A stretch of 64,000 nt of DNA from Hormiphora californensis (GCA_020137815.1 CM035360.1:6448001-6512000), one strand, 5' to 3'. Counted from the first letter of the stretch, positions 45,146 to 59,290 are shown. Numbers and translations are program-made. The notes: generated by a model not told the origin, from the letters alone.

Positions 45146-48100
45146 TCATCGTTGTTTAGTTCTTCTGACGGCTTTCTTTATTTTCCTACTACTCGGCGTG
45201 GTACTGGATACTGGTTGGAACATATTTCCACCGGGTGTTGGGGTCCCGGGAGCGGCTGCTCCTGCTCCAAACTGGAACGGAGAGGGAGATGAAGATGTCT
45301 GGTTGCCTCCTCCGAAAACAAATGAAGATGAGGGACTGGCTGTATTGAAACCTCCAGCTGCAGGTGTACTTCCAAACCCGGAGGGAGAGGCGGTAGCTGT
45401 GTTCCCTCCGAATGTAAAAGGTTTGTTTTCTGGAGCTGCGGATGGTACAGCAGGTGAAGCCCCGAAATTGAATCCTGGGGTACTGTTAGTGGCAGCTGGT
45501 GTAGCCCCTCCGAAACTAAATCCACCTGCACTAGGTGTGGCAGCGGGAGCTCCGAAACTGAACCCTGTACTGGGTGCCGCGGAGGGAGTGGCACCGAATG
45601 ATGGGGCGGAGGAAGTTTGACCAAATTTGGGGACAGCAGGGGTAGATGTGGATTGTCCGAAAGCGGGGGTGGAATTGTTCTGTCCAAAACTAAATGAAGG
45701 AGTAGATGAGGCTCCAAACGTGCTTGTGCTGTTATTTCCTGTTGCTCCTCCAAAGTTAAAGCCCGTAGTTGGTGCACCTGGAGAGAGAGAGAGTTAGAGG
45801 GTGGGAGAAAGAGAGAAAGCAAGGGCGGGAAATCAAACCCGGATGTGTACCATCTTGCTTGAAATTTGAACCTTCGGGCGGGTTCGTGTACGCGCGCAGC
45901 GGAGCACACGGCGCGGTGGATATGGCGTGCTGACAATGTGTCCTCTACATTTGGGACGCCCGGTAAAATGGGGAGGCGCGCTGAAATTATATGCTTTAAA
46001 GTGTGCTGAGGGGAGGGAACACACATGTATGTGATGTCATACTTACTTGCAGCAGGGGTGTTGTTTGAGGCTCCAAAATTGAATCCACCCGGTGCGGGTG
46101 CTGCGGGTTTAGCCGCCCCTCCGAATGAGAACCCTTTAGGGCTCATACTAGATGCATCCATTGTGTCTCCACTACTCTCTGTTCCCATATTTGACCCAAA
46201 CTGGAATCCAGTACCAGAACTACCAAAAGTGCTGGCATGCAGGGGCCTGCTGGTTTTGGGGTGCCACCAAAGTTAAATGTAGGAGCTGCTGGGCTGGCGG
46301 TCTGAGGAAAAGGTAGGGGTTAGAATCGTCAAAACAAAACGAGGGAATTTCAAAACCATTCTTAACACACACGGGGTGTTTAATTAACTAATTGGACTTG
46401 TCATTTTCAACAAAAAAGTATTCAACATAACACATCAAGTATTACCGAAGTAGCGGCTGGAGTAGCACCAAAAGAGAAATGTAGGTTTGGGGGGTGCTGC
46501 TGCAGTTGTAGCCCCAAAAGTGAACCCTCCATTTGAGGTTGGCGCTGCAGGAGTAGAGGCAGATCCAAAACTAAACCCACCACCAGCAGGTTTTGTCTCC
46601 GTAGCAGTTCCACCAAAATTAAATGAAGGAGCATCTTTTTTCTCAGTAGTTGTCGAGGTAGTACTTCCTCCAAAGTTGAAAGTTGGTGCTTCTTTTTTCT
46701 CGGTGGGGGCTGCTGTAGAAGTACCCCCAAAGTTGAATGTCGGGGCTGCTTTTGGTGTCTCAGTTGTGGCCCCAAATGTAAACCCAGCTACTTCAGGTTT
46801 CTTTTCAGTTGCAGGAGTACCCCCAAAGTTGAAAGTAGGAGGGGTTGGCGTCTCTGTTTTAGTAGCTCCAAAACTGAATGTAGGTGCAAGTGGTTTATCC
46901 CCACTTGTAGTAGCTGCAGCAGTACCAAATGAGAAAGCGGGTTTTTTGTCTCCACCCTCGGTAGATGACGGAGTAGCCCCGAAACTAAATGAAGGAGCAT
47001 CTTTCTTTTCCTCAGCTGGTTTCGCAGCACCGAACGAGAATGTAGGTGCAGGCAGGTTTATCAGCTGTTCCAAATGCAGGGGCCTTCTCAGCTGGCTTGG
47101 TGCCAAAACTAAAAGTTGGAGCGTCACCCTCTTTCTTCTTATCTCCAAAGCTCAAACTGCTGCTGCTGGTGGTATCTGTCTTGGCCGGCATTCCGAAAGA
47201 GAATGATTTGGGGGCTGCATCACTACTTGGAGTTGAGCCAAAAGACAGAGTAGAAGTACTACTTCCTGCTGCCAGACCAAACTTGAAGGATGTTTTGGGC
47301 ACTTCAGCAGGTGCTGCTGTTGTATCAGTAGAGGCACCGGGTTTGGGGGTCTCACACGCTTTACACTTATTCGTATCATCGGTGTTGGTCAACATACACG
47401 TCCCACAGCTCCACCCGGATTGTTTGAAACTACCCAGCGTCTGGAGTACATCTAGAGAGGGGGGAGGGGTGTTATTGGTTGGGGTGGTAAAGATAAGATA
47501 TAACGGAGATACATCTATTATCTCTGAAAACACTTGACAATTGCCCAAAACATTGATCAACTCACTAGTTTTGGCGGGTGCTGCTGCTGCAGCTGGTTTT
47601 GCCCCAGGTTTAGCTGTCTCGCACGCCTTACATTTATCAACACCATCATCATTCTGCAACATACAGGTATCGCACTTCCACCCGCTCTTAGCTGCAAACG
47701 CTAACAGAGGATTGGAAGCAGGGAACTTGAGGAGAGGAGTCACCGTGGCGGCTGGAGCAGGAGCACCTGGGGAAGAGAGGAGGGGGGTGTTAGGAAGAGA
47801 TGGGGTGATAGTTTCACTCGGTTAGGATTTGTATGAGGGTATGGTGCAGCTGCAGTGAGCAATAGTTTTTAGAAAGGGGTATTTGTGACAATGGGAGGGA
47901 TTGATGTGATGTGGTTCATTGTATTCTGCAGCGGCAATTCATTTAGATCATTAGTACAGACAGCTGTATTACGTTATGGGGCACAAGGAGGGATGAGTTA
48001 GTGACACATGTTGTGTAGTCACCTGCCCATCACAATATCGGGATAACTATCGTAACATCATTCTTCCTTCTTAAATCTATCATTATTTTTAATTCTACAT

Positions 48101-48388
48101 CCGTTTACTTTACTCTCTCTCAAAGCTGTTGCTCTGGTTCCGTTTTCTATTTCTCTCTCTCACTCTCTCATTTTTGACTCTCTCACTTTCTCTCTTCCTG
48201 CACTTGCTTACCATAACCCCTTCTCTTGTATCATCCCCCCTCTCTCTAGTCTCTCCCTCTAACTCTCATTACATCTCTCTCCCTCCCCTCACTCTCTCTA
48301 GATTTGTTGCGGCCAATAATTTGGTAACAGCGATACAATTATAATGAGAGATGAGTGTGATTATGCAATGAGTATGATTATTAGTGAT

Positions 48389-48459
<71 letters not shown>

Positions 48460-51400
48460 CAAGTGCGACATGTTTAAAGAATCAGTACATATAACAATAC
48501 ACACATAACTATGCGCATATATATTAAGGGTACGCTAACCGAAATTTTTTTTCGAGTGCAGGGAAATCTCTCACCGCAGGGTTGTAGGCCATGCCAAGGA
48601 GACCTCAAATATGCAATTTGAGCTCTCAAGTCGAATTCATATTTTTGCTACAGCTGCTTGAAAAATGAACTGAAAATAAGTTTTTGGCATCTTAAAAATA
48701 CATTTGTAAAGATAGGATCATAAAAATTTGTGGATTTGAAGAGGACAAAGAGGTGAGTAGCCACAAAAAAATTTTTTGAAATCCGAGCTGATTTCCGGTC
48801 CTGAGATGGATTTCTTTTTTTTGACTTTAACGCCCTATTTGGCAAAGTTCCGAAAACATGTGAAAGCTGTAAATTGGTGAAAAGTTGCGTCTAACGATTA
48901 TCTAAGTGGCCATAAATTTTGGGCGTGTCCTTATTTGAGATAAGCTGTACAGAGTTTTTTTTGTGAAAGCCGTCATTTCAGAAATAAATAAATTCCCTGT
49001 ATCTCAAAAACGGCTGATCGTAGAGACCTGAGACTATGCTTAAACGATTCAGAAGGTCCGATTTTGGGGGGGTCTTCTGAGAGACATTTTGCTCCTACTT
49101 CAACCGTTTTTGCTGTAATTGCGAAAAACAAATTCTATGAAAAGGGCAAAAGCTAAACACCAATATCCTGTAATTAGGGAATTTTGGCTAAGAAAGGACC
49201 GAAACTATGGAAAAATGTGTAACAAGCTAATTCCTTCACTATTTGGTCTATATGGGTCCCTATAATCACCAAAAACAAAATCACAAAAAATCCACGATGG
49301 CGAAGATGGGTTTTTGTTTTTCGCAATTACAGCAAAAACGGTTGAAGTAGGAGCAAAGTGTCTCTCAGAAGACCCCCCCAAAATCGGACCTTCTGAATCG
49401 TTTAAGCATAGTCTCAGGTCTCTACGATCAGCCGTTTTTGAGATACAGGGAATTTATTTATTTCTGAAATGACGGCTTTCACAAAAAAAACTCTGTACAG
49501 CTTATCTCAAATAAGGACACGCCCAAAATTTATGGCCACTTAGATAATCGTTAGACGCAACTTTTCACCAATTTACAGCTTTCACATGTTTTCGGAACTT
49601 TGCCAAATAGGGCGTTAAAGTCAAAAAAAAGAAATCCATCTCAGGACCGGAAATCAGCTCGGATTTCAAAAAATTTTTTTGTGGCTACTCACCTCTTTGT
49701 CCTCTTCAAATCCATAAATTTTTATGATCCTATCTTTACAAATGTATTTTTAAGATGCCAAAAACTTATTTTCAGTTCATTTTTCAAGCAGCTGTAGCAA
49801 AAATATGAATTCGACTTGAGAGCTCAAATTGCATATTTGAGGTCTCCTTGGCATGGCCTACAACCCTACGGTGAGAGATTTCCCTGCACTCGAAAAAAAA
49901 TTTTGGTTAGCGTACCCTTAAATATGAGACGAAGCTAAAGTGCTGTCTAAATGAAGAATTGTGACAGATAACAAAGGGATTGATCGGGGGGGGGGGGGGG
50001 GGATTGTACCTACCAGGTTTTTCTGTTTCGCAGGCAGCACACTTGCTATCCTCATCTTTGTTTCTAACTAGACATGTATCACATGCCCAACCTAGGAGAG
50101 AGAGAGAGGGAGGGAGTTTAAAAGATCAGTACACTTTATAAGTAAGCCAACTCAGGATAGAATACATGTATACGAAACTCTGCCAAGCGCAACACTGAAA
50201 CGACTGGTGGATATCGACTATAATCTTCATACCACAAATCGACATTATATACCAGTAAAGTAATATATATTGGTCATATATACTACTACTTTACTGGTGA
50301 AGAAGTTGTAAAATTCTACGGAATGATCCCCGATACTGTTTCAATCTCTCTTTGTCTCTGTCTTTCTTTCTCTTTCTCTCTCTCAAATACGATTTCTCTT
50401 TCTCTCTCCGTTTTAAAGAGAAGAAACAGTAGAATCATTTAACCCGCTCTTTACCTGTCTGTTTAGGGAGGGTGAATGTTACAGCTGGTTTCTTCTCCTC
50501 TTCTTTCTCCTCCTCTGTGATCCTTGTCAGTGCTGACATCTGATAAAGGAGCACTGTACTTAGAGAACAAAACAAATCAAACATTGTGACAGTGAAATAT
50601 GGTAGCCGTGTTATAGCCGGCCTCTATACACTGTCACATGACAATATATTCCCCCAATACTCAATTTCTTTATCGCTTTCCCCCGGTCCCCCCACATCTA
50701 AACACCTCATCTCTCTTTCTAACCTGTTTGGTGAACTTAGGAGATGGTTTCATGGGTGTGATTGGTGCTCTCTTGATTCCAATAGGAGAGTTAGCAGGTA
50801 GAGGGTTTATCAGGGATGTCGGGTTGGGCGCCTCACAACCACTACATCTCGTCATTGTGCTCGGGTTGGATAACTTACAGGGAACACAACTCCAGCTTCC
50901 TGCAGGGTATCGGGTGTCATCATGTGATAGAGTAGATATACAGTGATTCACACATAGACAGAGATAGACAAAAGATAGCAGATACAGTGATTCACACATA
51001 GACAGAGGTAGACAAAAGATAGGAGATACAGTGATTCACACATGGACAGAGATAGACAAAAGATAGCAGATACAGTGATTCACACATAGGGACACGTACC
51101 AGGTGGTTCTTTAGCTGGAACCTCTATCTTCTCCTCTTTCACCCCCTCCTCCTTCTTCATCACCTCTCGCACACTCCTCAATATCTCCTCCACACTTTTC
51201 ACTGGGGTGGGGGTCCCAAAACTGAACTCGGATGGATCTGAAGTGCTCTCACTGCCCGACCTCTGTCCAGCAGTGGTAGGAGCAGAGAAGCTATACTGAG
51301 AATCATTAGAGTTGTCATCAGGTGGTGTGACAGTGGCAGCTGGAGGAAGTCTACTGTGGAAGGCATCTTTTAGAGAGACATGGTTCTCCTTGGGTACTTG

Positions 51401-52956
51401 GTTGACAATCTTTATCGGTGCAGGGGTAGCTGCACTCTCGATCTTGATTGGTTGGATCTCAACTGCATCAGGGACGGTTATTGAGTCGAATTGTGGCATT
51501 TCCATCTCGGTTTCCTCGGCTACTGCCCTTCTGTAATGACCACCCCTGTCTCTCTTCATCTTACCCCCAATACCACTCTCTCCCAGAGAGGAGGGAGGTG
51601 GGATTGTAGCGGGGGTGGATGTAAGACTCCTAATGGGGACAGTGGGGCCCCGCTGGTAGGGGTTTAGAGGGGTCGAGGGGCGGGATGAGATAGGGGTTGA
51701 GGTTCGGGAGCATGGTCTTGATGAGGGGGTGGAGGGCCGGGAACTGGGTAGATGTCCGAGGGGTTTAGAGAGAGATTCCAATTGTTCCAAGATCTTCTTA
51801 GCAGTGTTACTTGTAACCCCAGGTCGAATTGTGGTACGGGTTATTGGTTTCACAGTGATTTGTCGCTTTGTTCCCTCCCCAGCTACAGATGAGGTATTCC
51901 GCCCACCTCCTATCGAGGTATTCCGTTGAGAGGTATTCAGGAAGGATCTCTGGAGAGAGGAACTGCCACCTCCAAAACTGACTTTAGATCGGTTAGTGAA
52001 GGAGGAGGTAGAATTAAAGGAGCGGTGATGATGGCGGCTTGGTGTGTTAAATGCAGCTACACTGAACGAATATTTCTCTTTTACTGCCGGTCTGATGGAG
52101 CTCCATTTTACTTCTCCTAGTGTCTCCTCAAGAATGTTGGTGTTGTTTCGAGTTGTTGCAGGGCTAGGTTTGGACGTCTAAGATAGGGAGAGAAGGAAGG
52201 TTAGAAAAATATGTAACTACCTAATACTGAGACATTATGCAACCTAACATACCCTTGAGAGCAAATAGAACTACAACTTAACTAACATCCCTGATCCCAT
52301 CCCCACATTTAAAGACGATCCCTAACACATACCACTTTAGGTGTGACAGGTTCCACTGTATAGGGAAGCTTCTTCTCCTCAGTTACAGGCAGACTCAGGT
52401 TCTTAAGTGCTCTCTTGAAATCTTCTGGCTGCTTTTCCTCTACTGCTTGGACCTGATAAGGAGAATTGAGGGGAGGAGGAGCAAACAAGGTTTAACTCAC
52501 AAGCAAGTACCGGGTATCTTGCGGCAAATTGTTGCTTGTTCAACTAACGAAACAAAGTACCCCCTTGTGTTGTATCAGCTTCTTAATCTGAGAAAAGTTA
52601 ACGAACCTCAGCGACAGTCTGTTCTAAAGCATCAGTTACACTGGTTGTCTGGGGTGGTTTTAATACCAAATCTTTCAGCCATCCTGGGGTCACTGGAGTT
52701 ATCAACTCCTTAACTCGCGCTAATACTCCCTGAAAGAGAGAGAGGGGTTAGTTACATCGACAGATCATAGAAATACGAAAATTAAATATGAATTATTAAA
52801 ATATAAACCGAGATGTTAAACTTGAAAAAAGAAACTGAAACTTACTCTGCTAGACGATGGACGCTCATAAGGTTTAGATACACTGTGTTTCTTTGAGACC
52901 TGCTTTACTTTTCCAGGTTTAGGGCTCTTGGGTCTGCCTTCTGGCTGGTCTACCAT
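45146..52956 (-). CDS. NUP153: Nuclear pore complex protein Nup153, multi-exon
   Basis: N-terminal KPYER, GVTSNTAKKILEQLE, GGKMKRDR; four RanBP2 zinc fingers (WxCxxC...N.....CxxC); FxFG repeats; basic C-terminus RKIKKAVRR. Several single-base insertions break the frame. Confidence 0.92.
48389..48455. repeat. (GA)n microsatellite
   Basis: Visible dinucleotide run. Confidence 0.95.
48528..49917. mobile_element. Foldback non-autonomous transposon, Kolobok-like, ~605-bp arms, TTAA TSD, in a NUP153 intron
   Basis: TTAA|GGGTACGCTAACC ... GGTTAGCGTACCC|TTAA. Arms 48528-49132 and 49313-49917. TTAA with purine-purine termini fits Kolobok rather than piggyBac. Confidence 0.85.
50937..51089. repeat. 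44-bp tandem repeat x ~3.5 in a NUP153 intron
   Basis: GATACAGTGATTCACACATAGACAGAGATAGACAAAAGATAGCA units at 50937, 50981, 51025 and 51069. Confidence 0.9.
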
Positions 52957-53792
52957 CTCCAATTAGACATGAACTATACCCTAACTATCGGAATATGTTT
53001 ATTATTGACGTCTCGCTGTTTGCATCTGTCCTACTTGTGCGTGTATGTGTGCAAACTTGCATGCTTCTTTGCTGTTTGCGGTAACGATAAAATGCCGATG
53101 TTCACACTTCACGAACAAATACGTGCAACAGCTCAGGTATTGAGTACTGGCGATTTATTATTTATTCAATCTGATTCAATACATATAACAATAACAATTG
53201 AATACATATTGACACTCCTTTTAGCGAGTAATAAAACGGTTGTCCGGTAAAAAGTACATGTTATGCTGATGCCGATTCAAAAGTCCAAGAGGTAATTATA
53301 TATAGATTAGGTACTGTAATAATAAATAGTAAGTTGATAGATAGATAGTTAAATAAGGGTAGATACTTAGATGATTAACTAGGGGATAACTAGGGGTAGG
53401 GAAGATGCAGAACAGCTAAATATAGCATAGTAATAAATTAGTATAGTCGCTGAGTCAAATTAAGCTGTACAGTTAAAACAGATTTTAAAATAAATAGAAA
53501 AATAGAAATTACCCTCACATACATGCTCATACCCAAAGTATACAGTACACACACATACACACACACACACACAAACACACAAAAAACACACTCACACAAA
53601 CAAGCATGTCCGTAAAAAACACAGACACAGAGTCACACATGACACAGGAATAGTAATAAGTTAAGATAGGATATTATTATAAGTAGTATTAATGATTTAA
53701 ATAGGCAGTGAAGTGTGCTTGGCCAGCGGGTTGTAAAACTATGTTATTTTAAGTGGTAGATAGGCTAATTAAGTAATTAGGTGAGGTTAAGT

Positions 53793-56700
53793 TTAACTGG
53801 TAAGGAGCTCATCATTAAAAGTGGAGTTTTCTGTGACCTCATAAACAAGCTTTCTAAACTTATGCTTAAGGTTTCTATCTCTAGAAAAGATAAGTGCTAG
53901 GTGGAAGTTGCCAGTGCAAACCGAGACCACACGACACTGGTCCCTAAGAGCCGATACCGCCCCGACAGCTGGACATTGGAAGAGCTTGTGGAAGGGTGAG
54001 TCGTGGTGCATGCCGCATTCAAGGCAGTAAGGTTCCTCTACGTTCCTGTCAATTCGTTGATAGCTGCCGACAAAGTTTTGAAATCTTAAGCTATGCCCGT
54101 GGATGTAGTCCATAGTCAACGAAGAGTGCCTTCTGTCCATACTCCTATTGGTAAGAGGGGCTATCGAAACCGCTTCAGTATCCACAATAGATCGTAGCTC
54201 TTCAACCGTCGTAGTAGGAGAGTCGTCAGCAGAGATGTTCGTGATGTTAGCCTTGACGTGATCGTCCCACAATTTGTGCGTGAACATGTCCATAGTGTCC
54301 CGGGAATAGAGAAACTCTTCCGACTCATATGACAGTAGATCGCATGATCGAATAAATGATCGTCTCCGTCCCGTTTGAGATTCAGCTCTCTGTGCAGTGT
54401 CCAATGGAGATACCTTTTAGTTTCCACAATATGTCCATAGAACGGGTGGCTTGCCTCATGCTCAATTTGGAGCAATTTAGCAGTCATGGTGTCTCCCTGC
54501 TGTAAGACCTTTTAGGACAAACTTCGTTGTGAGTACTGTCAAAATAATTGGTAGAGGTGGTATACCAATAAGAAGGTCAGCTAGTGTTTTCGAGATGTGA
54601 AATTGGCTTCCAATAATCTTCAGTTTAGCCCTTGCAATTAGATCGTTAAAACTGTCCAATCTGTTACGAAGCCATAGAGGTGCTCCGTATAGAAGTTTGG
54701 TAAGGATCACCATTCGGAACAGGAGCGAGAGGCCGTTGTTGTTTATTCCAGCTACCCTGGTAGTCCCACCCGACAGCTTACTCCAGGAATTCCAGCACTT
54801 TTGCAAAGTGTAGGCAGCATGCTTTTTAAAGCTCAGGTCTGTGTCGAGAATGATTCCCAGCACCTTGCTAGAGTCCGTGTAGAGAATTTCTCTGGGTCCA
54901 AGGTACATAGGTTGTGGGGTAGATGATAATTCTTGATTCCTTGGGTGGATCACGAGAATCTCAGTTTTCCCTCTGTCGCAATTGATGACCAATCTCCATA
55001 GACGGCACCATTTCTGGATGTAATTGAGCACGCAGGACAGAGCTGTTTCACATTGAAGTTGATCTCCGGTTATTACAACCGTGCCATCATCAGCGAACTT
55101 AAACGTTTCGCATCTTTCTCGGGCGTTCCTCGGGTATATTCTTCGTTTGTAAGAGATCCGAAACGTATATGATGAATAGCACAGGGGAAATGACTGCCCC
55201 CTGCGGTAGCCCGATAAGAGTGCAGTTCCTGGGAGAACCAATTTTACCGTTTATCTTCAGCTTCACTTTTCGTGATGACAAGAAACAATTTACCAGACGT
55301 AGGATGTTCCCCTTTATTCCAGCTTTATAGAGTTTGTAAATTAGGCAGGGGATGGGGACGCTGTCGAAAGCCTTTTCGAAATCCAAGAGAAGTAAAAAGG
55401 CAGTTGCCTTTTCTCCGTCTGTTCTCGTGCAGTGTAGCCAGGAGACGGTATAAGTACCGTGTTGTGTTTCGTATGGGAAGAAAACCTTCTTGCTCGTCTT
55501 CCAAGATGTTTTCCTCGTAACAATGAGCCCTGATCCTCTTATCCATAACTCGCTCAAACATTTTACCAACATAGCTTCCAATTGAGATCGGTCGAAAAGA
55601 TCCAGGTTTAAGGTAAGATGATTTTCCTTGTTTCTTGATAAACGATACTATGGCTGTTTTCCATGGCCAAACCGAGGTAACGAGGCAGTTTGTGAAAAGT
55701 TTTGCCAAGAACATCCTTGCTAAAGGGCCAAGGTGTTTCAATGTCACGGGGTGTACTCCATCTCCATCTGTAGATTTGCTTCCACTGCCCTGTGCCGATA
55801 TGGCCGCCATGATTTCCTCTGGTTGAACCTGTTTATTTAACTCACTCTCTACCTCCTCATCCTCTTGTAGAAAAGAATCCACTTCCTCTTTTATGAATTC
55901 ATAGTGTTGCTCGTCAAATTGATGATTCCTCAAGTGTTTTCCACCGAAGAACGTGTCGAACAGGATTTGCTCCTTCTCCCTAGGATCATGCCGTAAAACT
56001 CCGTCGTCCTCCAAACATCCAATAAAGTTTTCATCAGGTGTGAGAAATATTGATCGATACCGCTTCCAGAATATGTTAGTCTCCGTAACGTTCAGACCGC
56101 TCAGTCTCTCGTGGATCCATTTGTTTTTCCCCTCGATAAGGCTCTCCTTGAACAGTAGTTTAGCCTCTTCAACAGCAAGTCTGTTAATCCAAGTTCTTCG
56201 GTAACGGTATTTTTCCTGAGCATGTTGTAGATTTTTCGATAGTACGGTCAACTCGGGTGTCCAGTAGGGCTTGCTGTGCCGGCACACTGTTTTCAGAGGG
56301 ATGTATAGGTCTGAGGCTTCTTTCATGAAACTTAAAAGCTGTCGAAACATTTCATTAGGATCTTGTGAATCACAGCTTTGTAGGCAGCATTCGACGTGAA
56401 ATTTCCACTTTTTCCAATCTGCGTCCTGGTAATTGTAGACCTGTGTCCTCCGGTTACTCGCTCTAATATTCCCGATTGATGATAAGACCGGAACATGTCC
56501 TCTTGCCGGTGCTCCCGTAAAAAGGCATAAGCCGTCCTCTTCATCAGTCCACGGGCCATCGATCGCTAGCCCTGCTCCCCCGAACCGTAGTCCCAGATCA
56601 ATAACACTCCCTCCATTAACACAGATAAAAGTGTTAGAAAGTGGGGAGAGAATATCTGCTCCATACTGGTCACAGAAAGAATCGAGTAGGTGTCCACTTT

Positions 56701-57148
56701 GATTGTATACCTTATCACCCCATGGAATTCCTCTTGCGTTGAAGTCTCCAAGAACATGAAATACCGGCACTCCGTTTCGTTTGCAGAATTCCCAGGCTTC
56801 CTGTATAGACTTCAACAGAACCGACAAGTTATTGTCGGGACTGCTATACACAGATGCAAACATCATAGGTCGCCCAAGCACAGTCGCTATAGCAAAGATA
56901 GCTGCAACATTAGTTTTCTCCAAACTCGTAATTCGATGAGGATGAAGGCTGGTAGCGATTGACAGTGAGACTCCTCTATCCGCGTCTATTCCAAAGGTGA
57001 GCATATTCGTAAAAGCAGTCGTTGCCGGAACGCAGCCAGTTTCCTGTAGTGCGAGTACCGACAATCTCCTATCGGCACTATAGTGGTCTAAAGCAATAAG
57101 TGATTGCTTAGAGAGACCTGAAATGTTAATCTGTCCGAGACTAAACAT
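53793..57148 (-). CDS. LINE ORF2: AP endonuclease, reverse transcriptase, C-terminal CCHC (four frameshifts)
   Basis: QINISGL, LALQET, LGDFNA, SVIDL; FRPISI, QEGF, LDFEKAFDSV, GLPQGAVISPVLF, FADD; CLECG..DSPFHKLFQC. No RNase H recognised. Confidence 0.92.
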
Positions 57149-58535
57149 GATCGTTGCAACGGGTAGAGTACTCAGGGCATGCCATTGTGTTAGCAGAGTG
57201 ATGTCGGTTTCTGTTATCCTTCCCACTACAGTTAGGACAGCTTAGGCCGGAACGGTTGCGGTTTATGATGATTGGACATTCGGTTGGAACATGAGAAGGG
57301 TCACTGCAATGAGGGCACTTGTACTCATTCCTACACCAGGCGGCCGGGTGTCCGTATCTCCAACAGTTTTGGCATTGCGCCGGAGTCCTTCGTTGTTTCG
57401 TTATGTACTCCCGCAAACGGAATACACGGTTTCCAATAAAAAGAGTCTTCCCCATTACTTGATCTCTGTCCTCCTTAGATTCAAAAGTAAAGAGATAGCA
57501 GGGACGGGGCTTTCCGTCGCGTCCTTTCAATCTGACTGCCTCCATTGTGATTCCGCTGAATTCAAGTGCCCATGCCTCGGTAACTTGGTCGTCTGTGATT
57601 TCTGGGTCAACATAGTCTATCACCGCTTTCCTATCATCAGATACTCTGGAGTTCATCATTAGTGTTGCCGTCGTAGTCACATCATTTCCTTGGAAGGGGC
57701 CACCGAAGTATGAAGGCTCCCAACCGTTCACCACCTTTTGTGCTTCAAGGGGAGTAATAAGCTCTAGGAGGAGAGTGCCGTGTTTGGTCGGCTTGCACTG
57801 AACAATTTCCACACGGGGGTAGTACTCATTAAAATAGTGCATGGATATGTGGCCTTTAGTTAAATACTTAGCATAGTTACGGATACCTTTAACAATTACT
57901 GTTTTAGAGGGGTCACATGGAGAACGTTTAACATTAACTCTATCTCTAACTTTAACAGACAACACAGGTTTCGAAACTTTAGTAACAGTGATAAATTCAT
58001 TAGTGTGCTGATTAACAATAGTGTTATCTGTACCGTTAGCATTATTAGTACCATTTGAGTCCGGATTTACTGCTGCCTGGGAATACGTTAACTCACGCCG
58101 AACTCCTAACTCCTCCTTGACAACATCTCGTACAACACTTTTAACATCATTCCTAACATCATTTCGGATCATTTCCCTCAAACTTTCCAGTTCCCTTTGA
58201 AGATTACTACCAATTGGATTTTGATTATTGTTCGTATTACACGTTTCGAAAACGGATTCGTTCAGTTTGTAGCTTGTATATAACAGATCCCATAATTGGG
58301 TGTCGGTGATGGCCGGTTGCGTTTTACCTTGACGCGTAGTGGGTTTTGCAGCGTTATTTCGTCCGTTAGAAAGGGCGTCTAGGATGTCCATTGACTTCAA
58401 AGTTGCTGTGAGATCATCGAATTGCTGCCGGAGGTCGGGTGTGACATTGGGATCAGGTGGTCGACATTGTTCAGAGCTATCACTGTTAGGGCTATCACCC
58501 TCGTCATCTCTCATTCTACGGCACCTAGAGGCCAA
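57141..58535 (-). CDS. LINE ORF1 gag-like nucleic-acid-binding protein
   Basis: QCQNCWRYGHPAAWC, CPHCSDPSHVPTEC, CPNC..HSANTMAC. Its stop overlaps the ORF2 start (ATGTTTAG); first ATG at 58514. Confidence 0.9.
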   Translation of the reverse strand: MASRCRRMRDDEGDSPNSDSSEQCRPPDPNVTPDLRQQFDDLTATLKSMDILDALSNGRNNAAKPTTRQGKTQPAITDTQLWDLLYTSYKLNESVFETCNTNNNQNPIGSNLQRELESLREMIRNDVRNDVKSVVRDVVKEELGVRRELTYSQAAVNPDSNGTNNANGTDNTIVNQHTNEFITVTKVSKPVLSVKVRDRVNVKRSPCDPSKTVIVKGIRNYAKYLTKGHISMHYFNEYYPRVEIVQCKPTKHGTLLLELITPLEAQKVVNGWEPSYFGGPFQGNDVTTTATLMMNSRVSDDRKAVIDYVDPEITDDQVTEAWALEFSGITMEAVRLKGRDGKPRPCYLFTFESKEDRDQVMGKTLFIGNRVFRLREYITKQRRTPAQCQNCWRYGHPAAWCRNEYKCPHCSDPSHVPTECPIIINRNRSGLSCPNCSGKDNRNRHHSANTMACPEYSTRCNDHV

Positions 58536-58869
58536 GCCTCAATAAATAGTTTTACGTTGTAGTTGATGAAAGTTTGAACTGGCGAACGATCCGGGATTGT
58601 AGGAGCGGGGGAACCGGGAAGGGGCCGGGGAGATCGCACGGGAGCCTTAAAAATGATTAGCGGAAAATTAAAAGTTGTAAATTAATAATTTATGAAAAAC
58701 AGTGCTAAGGTTAAGTTTCCAATTCTCAAATTCCGGTATACGCTTTTAGACCGTTCAACTTAATATCATCATGGAAGCTTCCAACGAGAGACTTGTATTA
58801 ATCAAAGATTCACAAAGGGCTGCATTGAAATGGTAAGGTCAGTGGGCTGCAGCCTGCACAGCGTAGTCG

Positions 58870-59290
58870 AGATCATGCGTCAAAAGTTTTTGACGTGAAA
58901 GTGAAAAAAAACAGAAGTTTTGACACTTTTTGGCAAAAAAGATTTTCAGATCAGAAATTTTTAATCGTTTTAGCGCGGCGCGCGCATATTAGATACGCCA
59001 CGCATAATAACAATTTTAGGCGCGTTACGTAAAATTGCCGCGTAATGCAATGCATGCCGTGCGGTATTTTATGACTTGTTTTTTAACGCGTTGAAGTTTT
59101 TGATTTTTGAAGTTTTTGATTTTTGCAATTTTTATTTTCATTAAAACACATTTTCTTTGGATCCATCGCATCCTATTCTCGCTCCGCGAATAATAGGATC
59201 CCGGTCCGTTGAGAGCAAGAACTCACGTGCGCGCGAAATAAAGCACGTTTTCAACAAATCGCGCGTGATAGACCGTTTTTGGAGACCTTT
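58870..59290. promoter_or_regulatory. Candidate bidirectional promoter for NUP153 and the gene at 63.3 kb
   Basis: CGCG-rich with TTTTGA repeats, like 22340-22620. It is the main promoter-like non-TE DNA between the two divergent host genes. Confidence 0.4.

Larger units (their letters stand above)
53153..58620 (-). mobile_element. Near full-length two-ORF non-LTR retrotransposon (I/Jockey-group architecture)
   Basis: ORF1 with three CCHC knuckles, ORF2 with APE-RT-CCHC, long 3' UTR ending in an ATTGAAT/AATAAA-like tail. Boundaries approximate. Confidence 0.9.

Noticed and set aside
45830-46020. tRNA or SINE in a NUP153 intron (GGTTCAAAT B-box-like on the minus strand)
   Set aside because: No A-box, cloverleaf or TSD could be built; it may be a CpG-rich regulatory patch but this is unsupported.
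45146-47743. NUP153 as a pseudogene
   Set aside because: All domains and splice sites are intact; the breaks are isolated extra bases consistent with assembly error.
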